Source: an uncultured Chloroflexia bacterium
Lineage (GTDB): Bacteria > Chloroflexota > Limnocylindria > Limnocylindrales > CSP1-4
Reading direction: 5' to 3'
Length of the DNA stretch: 64,000 nucleotides
Assembly (NCBI GenBank): GCA_963838115.1
Contig: CAWIPU010000006.1
Coordinates: 326,622-390,621 of the forward strand
Each line of letters begins with the position of its first letter. Within the stretch, counting starts at the first letter, position 1. The position numbers and the translations under genes were made by a program. The notes under the pieces were generated by a model, which saw only the letters and a program-made list of their open reading frames with translations, made no database searches and was not told where the DNA came from. Positions 16,701-22,617 of the stretch are shown piece after piece.

Positions 16701-19119
16701 GGGTGGCCACGGTCTCCACGCCGTCGCTCCTGACATAGGCGACCGCGGAGCCCCGGGGCACCTCGGTGCCGGCGGCGGGATCGGAGCTGATGACATCGCC
16801 CGCGGGGACGCTGTCGCTGTAGGCGCTCGTGACCTCACCGACGCTGAGCCCGGCGTCGCTGAGCGTCTGCTCGGCGTCGGCGGCGGGACCCGCGAGGTCG
16901 GGCACGGCCACGGTGGGCACGGGCACGGCCACCTGCAGGCTCACCGTGGAGCCCACGGGCAGCTCGGTGTCGGGGGCGGGGTCCTGGTCGAGGATGGTGT
17001 CGGGGGCGGCCGCGTCGGTCTCGCGGGACTGGGTCTCGAGGCCGAGACCGGCGGAATCGGCGGCGTCCTGCGCCGCGGCCAGGGTCAGGCCCACGAAGTC
17101 GGGGGTGGCCACGGTCTCCACGCCGTCGCTCCTGACATAGGCGACCGCGGAGCCCCGGGGCACCTCGGTGCCGGCGGCGGGATCGGAGCTGATGACATCG
17201 CCCGCGGGGACGCTGTCGCTGTAGGCGCTCGTGACCTCACCGACGCTGAGCCCGGCGTCGCTGAGCGTCTGCTCGGCGTCGGCGGCGGGACCCGCGAGGT
17301 CGGGCACGGCCACGGTGGGCACGGGCACGGCCACCTGCAGGCTCACCGTGGAGCCCACGGGCAGCTCGGTGTCGGGGGCGGGGTCCTGGTCGAGGATGGT
17401 GTCGGGGGCGGCCGCGTCGGTCTCGCGGGACTGGGTCTCGAGGCCGAGACCGGCGGAATCGGCGGCGTCCTGCGCCGCGGCCAGGGTCAGGCCCACGAAG
17501 TCGGGGGTGGCCACGGTCTCCACGCCGTCGCTCCTGACATAGGCGACCGCGGAGCCCCGGGGCACCTCGGTGCCGGCGGCGGGATCGGAGCTGATGACAT
17601 CGCCCGCGGGGACGCTGTCGCTGTAGGCGCTCGTGACCTCACCGACGCTGAGCCCGGCGTCGCTGAGCGTCTGCTCGGCGTCGGCGGCGGGACCCGCGAG
17701 GTCGGGCACGGCCACCGGCTCGGGACCGAGCGAAAGGACATAGTCCACCGCGGAACCGGGATCGACCTCGGCATCGGCGGCGGGATCGGAGCTGATGACG
17801 TGACCCGCCACGATGCTGTCATCGGTAGCCTCGCTGACGTCGCCGGGCACGAGGCCGGCATCATCGAGGGCGGCCAGGGCGTCGGCCTCCGGGAGGTCGA
17901 TGAGGTCGGGCACGGCCACCGGCTCGGGACCGAGCGAAAGGACATAGTCCACCGCGGAACCGGGATCGACCTCGGCATCGGCGGCGGGATCGGAGCTGAT
18001 GACGTGACCCGCCACGATGCTGTCATCGGTAGCCTCGCTGACGTCGCCGGGCACGAGGCCGGCATCATCGAGGGCGGCCAGGGCGTCGGCCTCCGGGAGG
18101 TCGATGAGGTCGGGCACGGCCACCGGCTCGGGACCGCTGCTCACGACGAGCGCGATCCTGCTGGCGGGCGCCAACTCGGCATCGGCTTTGGGGTCGGTGC
18201 TGATGACGATAGCGGCCTCGACAGTGTCGCTGGACTCCTCGGTGATCGCACCCACCCTGAAGCCAGCGTCCCGGATGTCCTTGACTGCGTCGTCCTGGGA
18301 GAGTCCCACCACGTCGGGCACTAAGTCGGTAGGAACAGCGGCGGCAACGGAGAGTTCGATCGTGGAGCCGACCTCCACCGCCTCACCTGGCGGGGGATCT
18401 TGGCCGACGACGGTGTCAGGCTCGACCTGGTCGGTCTCCACCTGATTGACACGGACGACGAGTCCGTAGTCATCTGCTGTAGCTTCCGCGTTCGCCAGCG
18501 TCAAGCCCTGGAAGTTGGGCGTATCGACGGAAGCGATCGCGGATGGTTCGGCGCTAGGCACCTCGGTCACGACCGGCGATGGCGACAGGCTCGCGTCGAC
18601 ATCAGTCGGTGAGTCGAACGGACGCAACACGATGAGCACGATGGCTAGTGCCACGATGAATGCACCTACGAGGATGCCGCCGACCAGCAGGACAGGCGTG
18701 CCCTCCTCGGGTGGCTCACCGCCATCACCGGAAGGCAGGATCGGGGGCTCGAGCGTCATCTCAGGCTTGGCGGCCAGAGCGGCGAGGGCGGCTTCGGTAG
18801 CCTCCGGGTCGGGCGCGACGGGCGTGGTCGTCCAAGCGGCTCCAGCAGCAGCGGCGTCAGCTGCCTCGGCGTCGGTCTCGGCGACGGTGCCTGTGGCTGC
18901 CTCGTCCTCGTCGGTATTCGCCTCGACCTCAGTCTCGGCGTCCACGGCTTCGTCGGCTTCAGCATCGTCGCTGGGTTCGGCGCCCACATCCTCAGCAATT
19001 GGTGAGGCCGCGAATTCTGGCTGCTCTGGGGTCGACTCGGCATCTTCAGGTCGGGGCGAGGTCGGGGAAGCGTCTGTGGACGGTGTGAGGTCGCCGGGAT
19101 CCGGCTTCTGATCAGTCAT
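7711..19119 (-). CDS. Giant single-pass membrane protein (3802 aa) with about 48 PASTA domains and a C-terminal degenerate metallopeptidase-like domain
   Basis: Uninterrupted 11,409-nt ORF. Acidic low-complexity N-terminus of about 145 aa. One TM helix (VLLVGGILVGAFIVALAIVLIVL). Repeated units of about 67 aa fit the PASTA pattern (VPDxxGxxxxxAxxxLxxAGLxxG...GxVIxxxPxAGxxVxxGSxVxL). The last ~390 aa are homologous to the neighbouring 19261-20649 product. Confidence 0.9.
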   Translation of the reverse strand: MTDQKPDPGDLTPSTDASPTSPRPEDAESTPEQPEFAASPIAEDVGAEPSDDAEADEAVDAETEVEANTDEDEAATGTVAETDAEAADAAAAGAAWTTTPVAPDPEATEAALAALAAKPEMTLEPPILPSGDGGEPPEEGTPVLLVGGILVGAFIVALAIVLIVLRPFDSPTDVDASLSPSPVVTEVPSAEPSAIASVDTPNFQGLTLANAEATADDYGLVVRVNQVETDQVEPDTVVGQDPPPGEAVEVGSTIELSVAAAVPTDLVPDVVGLSQDDAVKDIRDAGFRVGAITEESSDTVEAAIVISTDPKADAELAPASRIALVVSSGPEPVAVPDLIDLPEADALAALDDAGLVPGDVSEATDDSIVAGHVISSDPAADAEVDPGSAVDYVLSLGPEPVAVPDLIDLPEADALAALDDAGLVPGDVSEATDDSIVAGHVISSDPAADAEVDPGSAVDYVLSLGPEPVAVPDLAGPAADAEQTLSDAGLSVGEVTSAYSDSVPAGDVISSDPAAGTEVPRGSAVAYVRSDGVETVATPDFVGLTLAAAQDAADSAGLGLETQSRETDAAAPDTILDQDPAPDTELPVGSTVSLQVAVPVPTVAVPDLAGPAADAEQTLSDAGLSVGEVTSAYSDSVPAGDVISSDPAAGTEVPRGSAVAYVRSDGVETVATPDFVGLTLAAAQDAADSAGLGLETQSRETDAAAPDTILDQDPAPDTELPVGSTVSLQVAVPVPTVAVPDLAGPAADAEQTLSDAGLSVGEVTSAYSDSVPAGDVISSDPAAGTEVPRGSAVAYVRSDGVETVATPDFVGLTLAAAQDAADSAGLGLETQSRETDAAAPDTILDQDPAPDTELPVGSTVSLQVAVPVPTVAVPDLAGPAADAEQTLSDAGLSVGEVTSAYSDSVPAGDVISSDPAAGTEVPRGSAVAYVRSDGVETVATPDFVGLTLAAAQDAADSAGLGLETQSRETDAAAPDTILDQDPAPDTELPVGSTVSLQVAVPVPTVAVPDLAGPAADAEQTLSDAGLSVGEVTSAYSDSVPAGDVISSDPAAGTEVPRGSAVAYVRSDGVETVATPDFVGLTLAAAQDAANSAGLGLETQSRETDAAAPDTILDQDPAPDTELPVGSTVSLQVAVPVPTVAVPDLAGPAADAEQTLSDAGLSVGEVTSAYSDSVPAGDVISSDPAAGTEVPRGSAVAYVRSDGVETVATPDFVGLTLAAAQDAADSAGLGLETQSRETDAAAPDTILDQDPAPDTELPVGSTVSLQVAVPVPTVAVPDLAGPAADAEQTLSDAGLSVGEVTSAYSDSVPAGDVISSDPAAGTEVPRGSAVAYVRSDGVETVATPDFVGLTLAAAQDAADSAGLGLETQSRETDAAAPDTILDQDPAPDTELPVGSTVSLQVAVPVPTVAVPDLAGPAADAEQTLSDAGLSVGEVTSAYSDSVPAGDVISSDPAAGTEVPRGSAVAYVRSDGVETVATPDFVGLTLAAAQDAANSAGLGLETQSRETDAAAPDTILDQDPAPDTELPVGSTVSLQVAVPVPTVAVPDLAGPAADAEQTLSDAGLSVGEVTSAYSDSVPAGDVISSDPAAGTEVPRGSAVAYVRSDGVETVATPDFVGLTLAAAQDAANSAGLGLETQSRETDAAAPDTILDQDPAPDTELPVGSTVSLQVAVPVPTVAVPDLAGPAADAEQTLSDAGLSVGEVTSAYSDSVPAGDVISSDPAAGTEVPRGSAVAYVRSDGVETVATPDFVGLTLAAAQDAANSAGLGLETQSRETDAAAPDTILDQDPAPDTELPVGSTVSLQVAVPVPTVAVPDLAGPAADAEQTLSDAGLSVGEVTSAYSDSVPAGDVISSDPAAGTEVPRGSAVAYVRSDGVETVATPDFVGLTLAAAQDAADSAGLGLETQSRETDAAAPDTILDQDPAPDTELPVGSTVSLQVAVPVPTVAVPDLAGPAADAEQTLSDAGLSVGEVTSAYSDSVPAGDVISSDPAAGTEVPRGSAVAYVRSDGVETVATPDFVGLTLAAAQDAADSAGLGLETQSRETDAAAPDTILDQDPAPDTELPVGSTVSLQVAVPVPTVAVPDLAGPAADAEQTLSDAGLSVGEVTSAYSDSVPAGDVISSDPAAGTEVPRGSAVAYVRSDGVETVATPDFVGLTLAAAQDAANSAGLGLETQSRETDAAAPDTILDQDPAPDTELPVGSTVSLQVAVPVPTVAVPDLAGPAADAEQTLSDAGLSVGEVTSAYSDSVPAGDVISSDPAAGTEVPRGSAVAYVRSDGVETVATPDFVGLTLAAAQDAADSAGLGLETQSRETDAAAPDTILDQDPAPDTELPVGSTVSLQVAVPVPTVAVPDLAGPAADAEQTLSDAGLSVGEVTSAYSDSVPAGDVISSDPAAGTEVPRGSAVAYVRSDGVTPNVDVPDVRDLSQADAVAAIESAGLTVGETVEQSQEKIDAGKAVKTEPAAGSVVPLDSSLRLILSTGSNMRTIPDVAGQSAADAEAALKEQGLAVSIDERTNGKVAAGDAVKTEPAAGKTVEVGAEVTLIVSRGPKQVSVPDVTGLPEADAKAAIKDAGLKPGQTSKAEAAAAAGTVLSQDPEADGSVDQGSTVDLTVSSGPPAVDIPDVAGQSAADAEAALKEQGLAVSIDERTNGKVAAGDAVKTEPAAGKTVEVGAEVTLIVSRGPKQVSVPDVTGLPEADAKAAIKDAGLKPGQTSKAEAAAAAGTVLSQDPEADGSVDQGSTVDLTVSSGPPAVDIPDVAGQSAADAEAALKEQGLAVSIDERTNGKVAAGDAVKTEPAAGKTVEVGAEVTLIVSRGPKQVSVPDVTGLPEADAKAAIKDAGLKPGQTSKAEAAAAAGTVLSQDPEADGSVDQGSTVDLTVSSGPPAVDIPDVAGQSAADAEAALKEQGLAVSIDERTNGKVAAGDAVKTEPAAGKTVEVGAEVTLIVSRGPKQVSVPDVTGLPEADAKAAIKDAGLKPGQTSKAEAAAAAGTVLSQDPEADGSVDQGSTVDLTVSSGPPAVDIPDVAGQSAADAEAALKEQGLAVSIDERTNGKVAAGDAVKTEPAAGKTVEVGAEVTLIVSRGPKQVSVPDVTGLPEADAKAAIKDAGLKPGQTSKAEAAAAAGTVLSQDPEADGSVDQGSTVDLTVSSGPPAVDIPDVAGQSAADAEAALKEQGLAVSIDERTNGKVAAGDAVKTEPAAGKTVEVGAEVTLIVSRGPKQVSVPDVTGLPEADAKAAIKDAGLKPGQTSKAEAAAAAGTVLSQDPEADGSVDQGSTVDLTVSSGPPAVDIPDVAGQSAADAEAALKEQGLAVSIDERTNGKVAAGDAVKTEPAAGKTVEVGAEVTLIVSRGPKQVSVPDVTGLPEADALDALTSAGLKPGERAEANDSAAAGIVTSQDPPAETELDKGSGVDYVVSLGPVIEPRGDGGSLDNAQVADQLDAVAFTVPEIRQLDLGNTPYDGASSAEQADFLRQAADNLYPSSTLTQEEQALKRMGLLGNDDDLASLLDQLYGQDLPITYLQSRGRQSILRDIDKLNLPQRAEAAREFGQAAVHQAFGADAAVVDEPTDADAVLAASALEEGDGTATMLAWSAQNVNSGNQAKVDGVVVPGDGGILRSMPQLLQREYAFPFVEGQSFVDFLRNKGGWDAVNGAWDRVPETTEQILHPKRYPDDRPTSLVLDGIGNALGQGWSEQWQQTMGELRTAVWLGDDKAAAGWGGDRLVSLDGPDGSWAIVWQTKWDKAGNVGRFGDAANAVIADLPGAHAVLEADASSGASNPVLVLLTSDDAALAAVAEALGLGDEIAAP
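9026..11674 (-). repeat. Tandem array B: 402-bp unit (di-PASTA, 134 aa), about 6.6 copies, in frame inside the giant gene
   Basis: Period 402 is visible in the sequence and in the six identical antisense ORFs at 9096, 9498, ... 11106. I saw no substitutions between copies. Confidence 0.9.
11894..17715 (-). repeat. Tandem array A: 402-bp unit (di-PASTA, 134 aa), about 14.5 copies, in frame inside the giant gene
   Basis: Period 402 (14 identical antisense ORFs at 12005 ... 17231). The only variable site seen is at 12234+402k (c/t on the + strand), giving AADSAG versus AANSAG. Confidence 0.9.
17701..18135 (-). repeat. Tandem array C: 204-bp unit (single PASTA, 68 aa), about 2.1 copies
   Basis: 17701-17904 is identical to 17905-18108, and a third copy begins at 18109. 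Confidence 0.85.
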
Positions 19120-19196
19120 GGCAGGCGGACGATACGGGAGTGGGCCGCGTCATGCGAGCACCCCGACCGGTACTTCTGGGCTGATACCGACACAAG

Positions 19197-19218
19197 TGTC
19201 CGTTTCTTCATCGTCCGC
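19197..19218 (-). promoter_or_regulatory. Conserved 22-nt element upstream of the giant gene (copy 1)
   Basis: TGTCCGTTTCTTCATCGTCCGC (+ strand) matches 20673-20694 at 20 of 22 positions, while the flanking sequence is not conserved. It lies 77 nt upstream of the ATG at 19119. Confidence 0.35.
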
Positions 19219-19260
19219 CGCTCCTCGCTTCACTCGCCGGCGGCTCGAGATGTTCAGTCG

Positions 19261-20649
19261 TCAGAGGCCGAGCGCCACCTCAAGGGCACCCAATGTCTCC
19301 TCACTGTCGGCCACCAGAATGAGTACTGGAGAGGATAGACCTCCGACGATATCGGCATCGGTCACGGAGTGCGCACCGGGCAAATCCTTCATGGCATCCT
19401 GCGCGGCTTGGTGGAACTCCTTCTGGTCGGCCTCGGTGTCCCAGTCGCTCTGCCAGACCACGGCCCAGGCACCACCAGGACCATCGAGGCTCACCAGCCG
19501 GTCACCGCCCCAGCCGGCCGCCGCGGAGGCATTCGGCAACTGTCCGGGCAGGCCTGGGAACAACGACTGGCGCTTGTCGCCATCTGCCACCCACACGCCG
19601 ACCTGCATCTCGCCGAGGGTCTGCTGGTAGCTGGTGGACCAGTCTGGACCGAGCGACGCAGCGACTTCGGGCAGGACGATCTCGACGGGCACCTCATCGG
19701 GATACAGCTCTGGGTGCAGGATCTGCTCGGTCGAAACCGGCTGCGCATCCCACGCCTGGTCGACCGCGGCCCAGTCACCTCGACCACGGAGCGCCATCAC
19801 ATACGCGTAACCGTCGATATAGGGGAACTCAAGCTGTCGCTGCAGGATCATGGGCATACGGCTGAGCGTCTTTTGGTCCTGCTTGGTGAGCGACTGTGCC
19901 GCGACTCGTAGCAGATCGGTCAGCTTGAGCTCACGAGTCGCCCAGTCGTACATCACCGCGGTGGCGTCGCCTTCGATGAGTGCCTGTTGGGCGAGGATGG
20001 CGTCGGAGCGATCGAGATCATCGATACGCTGGCCCTCCAGGTCCCACTGGGCATCCTGCAGCGCATGGTCATATTCATGCGCGACGACGATGGACTCCAG
20101 CGCCCCGATCTTGTCGATGGGACCGATGAGCGAGAACGTCTTGGTCAGTGGGTCATAGTAGGCCAACACCTGGCTGTCATAGATGGCGAGGATGAGCTCC
20201 TCAAGGTCGTCATCCGGCCCCAGGAGACCAAGGCGCGTGAAGGCCGCGTCCTCGGCTTGGACAGCGGCGTCGCTGTACTCAGCACGGAACAGGGCGCGCA
20301 GTTCACTGCGGAAGGCCTGGCTGTCGATGACGCGATAGGCGACGTCCTCGGCCGGCGGCAACCCACGTACCGGGTGGACCCCGCCGATGATCTGGCCGAC
20401 CTTCTTGACCATCTTGGAGTCGAACCCATCCGGCAGCGGTGCCGCCACCGCCGCGAGGCTGGCCTGGGGCGACTGCGAAGCGTCCTGAGCGCTGGCTGGC
20501 CCGAGGCCGAAGGACGCCAGCAGCACGATCGACACGAGTGCGGCCGACAGGGCGAAGCGGTTGCCAGGACGCGGGTGTGGAGCGTGATACGTCGATGCCA
20601 TAGGAGTGCATTCTGCCAGTACGACGCGACTAACACCATCGAAGGCCAT
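19261..20649 (-). CDS. Secreted or membrane-anchored HExxH-motif protein (putative zinc metallopeptidase), paralogue of the giant protein's C-terminal domain
   Basis: Hydrophobic N-terminal segment FALSAALVSIVLLASFGLGPASA. HEYDH motif followed by IEGDA. Clear similarity along its length to residues ~3410-3802 of the giant protein (shared blocks include GLLGxDDDL, EQILHP, AAGWGGDRLVSLDGP and DLPGAH). An alternative start is at 20601. Confidence 0.8.
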   Translation of the reverse strand: MAFDGVSRVVLAECTPMASTYHAPHPRPGNRFALSAALVSIVLLASFGLGPASAQDASQSPQASLAAVAAPLPDGFDSKMVKKVGQIIGGVHPVRGLPPAEDVAYRVIDSQAFRSELRALFRAEYSDAAVQAEDAAFTRLGLLGPDDDLEELILAIYDSQVLAYYDPLTKTFSLIGPIDKIGALESIVVAHEYDHALQDAQWDLEGQRIDDLDRSDAILAQQALIEGDATAVMYDWATRELKLTDLLRVAAQSLTKQDQKTLSRMPMILQRQLEFPYIDGYAYVMALRGRGDWAAVDQAWDAQPVSTEQILHPELYPDEVPVEIVLPEVAASLGPDWSTSYQQTLGEMQVGVWVADGDKRQSLFPGLPGQLPNASAAAGWGGDRLVSLDGPGGAWAVVWQSDWDTEADQKEFHQAAQDAMKDLPGAHSVTDADIVGGLSSPVLILVADSEETLGALEVALGL

Positions 20650-20672
20650 CTCCGAGTGAGCGATCGGTGAGA

Positions 20673-20694
20673 TGTGCGTTTCTTCATCGTTCGC
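20673..20694 (-). promoter_or_regulatory. Conserved 22-nt element upstream of the HExxH paralogue (copy 2)
   Basis: TGTGCGTTTCTTCATCGTTCGC, identical to 19197-19218 at 20 of 22 positions. Confidence 0.35.
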
Positions 20695-20735
20695 GGTCTG
20701 GTGCCTTTACGCTCGGCAGCTAGAGTTCTGGACAC

Positions 20736-20817
20736 GGAACCGTGAAGCAAGCCTTCACAGTTCCCTCTCCCTCCCTCTGGAACGAGGGGCGCTGATTGGG
20801 CAAGCGCCCCTCGTTCC
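20736..20817. other. Two consecutive stable hairpins in a divergent intergenic region
   Basis: GGAACCGTGAAG/CTTCACAGTTCC (one mismatch) and a perfect 14-bp stem GGAACGAGGGGCGC/GCGCCCCTCGTTCC, separated by a CT-rich tract. Confidence 0.4.
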
Positions 20818-20886
20818 TTCTGTGTGCCTCCCGCTCCCACTTCCTTGCCGCTGTGACCCGCGCGCGCCTGTGGCACCATCGGGTCC

Positions 20887-21573
20887 ATGGAAATCACGTG
20901 GTACGGCGGCTCATGCGTTCGCCTCAAGGGACGTGAGGGGGTCGTCGCCGCAGACCCGTTCCGGTCGTTCGCCGGGCCTACAGGGCGTGGTCTGACCGCA
21001 GATATCGTCTCCTACGGCCACCCCGATGAGCCCGTGGCTGCGGGTCGCGGCAGCAATGCCACGCCTAGCGTCACCTCGCGACTGCTGGGGGTGCCGTTGC
21101 CGACGAGCCTGGAAGGCGCGTTCGTCCTCGATTCGCCGGGCGAGTATGAGGTCCATGACGTCATGACGACCGGCGTGCGCACCTTCCGCGACGATGAACA
21201 GGGCGCGTCGCGGGGGTTGAGTACAGCATTCGTCTATGAGCTCGACGGTATCTACGCCGCCCACCTCGGCGACATCGGGCACCGCCTGGACCAAGAGACC
21301 ATCCGTGAACTCGGCCACGTTGACGTGCTCTGCCTGGGCATCGGGCCACAGCTCAGCGCCGCGACCGCGGCTGAGGTCGTTGGCCAGCTCGATGCCCACA
21401 TGGTCGTACCGCTCCCGCTCAGTGAGGCCGCCGCGGAACCGGGGGCTGACCTCGACAAGTTCCTCAAAGAGATGAGCGTGCCCGATCTGCAGCCGGTGAC
21501 CAGCTTGAAGGTCACCATCTCGACTATCCCCAACGAAACCACTGTCGTCCTGTTGGAGCAACGCGGCCGCTGA
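20887..21573 (+). CDS. MBL-fold metal-dependent hydrolase (UPF0173-like)
   Basis: The MEITWYGGSCVRLKG... N-terminus and overall length are typical of the small beta-lactamase-fold hydrolase family. Confidence 0.65.
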   Translation: MEITWYGGSCVRLKGREGVVAADPFRSFAGPTGRGLTADIVSYGHPDEPVAAGRGSNATPSVTSRLLGVPLPTSLEGAFVLDSPGEYEVHDVMTTGVRTFRDDEQGASRGLSTAFVYELDGIYAAHLGDIGHRLDQETIRELGHVDVLCLGIGPQLSAATAAEVVGQLDAHMVVPLPLSEAAAEPGADLDKFLKEMSVPDLQPVTSLKVTISTIPNETTVVLLEQRGR

Positions 21574-21594
21574 GTGCCTTGGCTGCGGGCGACC

Positions 21595-22590
21595 CTAGCC
21601 TTCCCGGCCGACGGTCCAGGAACTCGCCCGAGCCTGCTCCAGGCGGACCTCAACCATCACGTCGGGGTCGAAGCGGCGGATCCGCAGCCAAGTGGCTGCC
21701 TCAGCCACACGGCGCTCGGCGGGATGAAAGGTGCTGGAGCCGATGTGGTCGGCGACCTCGACGAGGGCGGCCGCAGGGAGCAAGCCGACGAGCTCGGAGT
21801 CGAGCAAGCTCACGCGCTCCTCGGCAGCCAGGCGCTGGGCTTCTTCCCAAACACGCCACAGTGGCGTGCGCTGATGGTCGAGGATGTTCATCGACAGCTG
21901 CGCGCAGCCCTGGGAGACGAGGTCGATCCCCAGCGCCTGGACCGCGGCCAGACCGCCGCCGCGTTCGCGGATGTGAGCTGCCACGCGGCGAGCGACCGCG
22001 AGATCGGTCGTGGACAGCTGGATGTTGAAGGCGATCAGGAAAGGCCGCGCACCGACGGCGGTCGCACCCGCGGTCGGGTGTGGAGATGAGGGACCGAAGT
22101 CGGGCTGGCCCTCAGGACGGGTCATGGCCGCGGCCAAGCCTTCGAACCCGGGCCGACGGATGGCCTCCAGCGCCCGCCGGTCCGGTCGCTGGGCGGCCTC
22201 CGCATAGAGGTAAACGGGCAGCTGGAACCGATCGGCGAGAAGCTCCGCGAACTCGCGAGCACCATCCACACACTGGGCCATGGTGGTGTCACCAAGAGGC
22301 ACGAAAGGAATGACATCCACGGCCCCGATACGAGGGTGCCGGCCGCGCTGGTGGCGCATGTCGATGCGCTCGATGGCCGTGGCGACTGCGGACTCCATGG
22401 CGCCCATGACACGTCCCGGAAACCCTGCCACCGTGAACACGCTGCGACCGTGGTCAGGGTCACTGCTTCGATCGAGCAGCCAACTGCCGGCCTGCCGCTC
22501 GATGGCGGCAGCGATGGCGTCGAGCGTCTCCTGATTGGTACCCTCGCTGAAGTTGGGCACGCACTCTACGAGGCTCTCGAAGTGGTCCAT
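21595..22590 (-). CDS. Glutamate formimidoyltransferase
   Basis: The N-terminal VECVPNFSEG motif and overall similarity match the formiminotransferase (FTCD N-terminal) domain. Confidence 0.8.
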   Translation of the reverse strand: MDHFESLVECVPNFSEGTNQETLDAIAAAIERQAGSWLLDRSSDPDHGRSVFTVAGFPGRVMGAMESAVATAIERIDMRHQRGRHPRIGAVDVIPFVPLGDTTMAQCVDGAREFAELLADRFQLPVYLYAEAAQRPDRRALEAIRRPGFEGLAAAMTRPEGQPDFGPSSPHPTAGATAVGARPFLIAFNIQLSTTDLAVARRVAAHIRERGGGLAAVQALGIDLVSQGCAQLSMNILDHQRTPLWRVWEEAQRLAAEERVSLLDSELVGLLPAAALVEVADHIGSSTFHPAERRVAEAATWLRIRRFDPDVMVEVRLEQARASSWTVGREG

Positions 22591-22617
22591 GCCGATGATG
22601 GTAGGCGAGCGACGCGA

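Noticed and set aside
8909-17542. Long antisense ORFs across the repeat arrays: a 1001-aa ORF at 8909-11914 (+), fourteen identical 103-aa ORFs (+) and six identical 111-aa ORFs (-) in other frames.
   Set aside because: They lie opposite to, or out of frame with, the PASTA-encoding frame. They are Ser/Thr/Ala/Pro/Arg-rich, as expected for non-coding frames of GC-rich DNA, and they repeat only because the underlying DNA repeats. The minus-strand PASTA frame has clear domain homology.
9026-17715. Regular periodic repeats that could be mistaken for a CRISPR array or satellite.
   Set aside because: The period is 402 bp with no unique spacers. The units are contiguous, in frame (3x134) and encode folded PASTA domains. 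No cas genes are present.
20145-20927. A 260-aa minus-strand ORF spanning the paralogue's 5' end and the intergenic hairpins.
   Set aside because: It is out of frame with the homologous HExxH gene, has Arg/Ser/Pro-rich composition and shows no family features. It is noted only because it starts at the conserved ATGAAGAAACG element.
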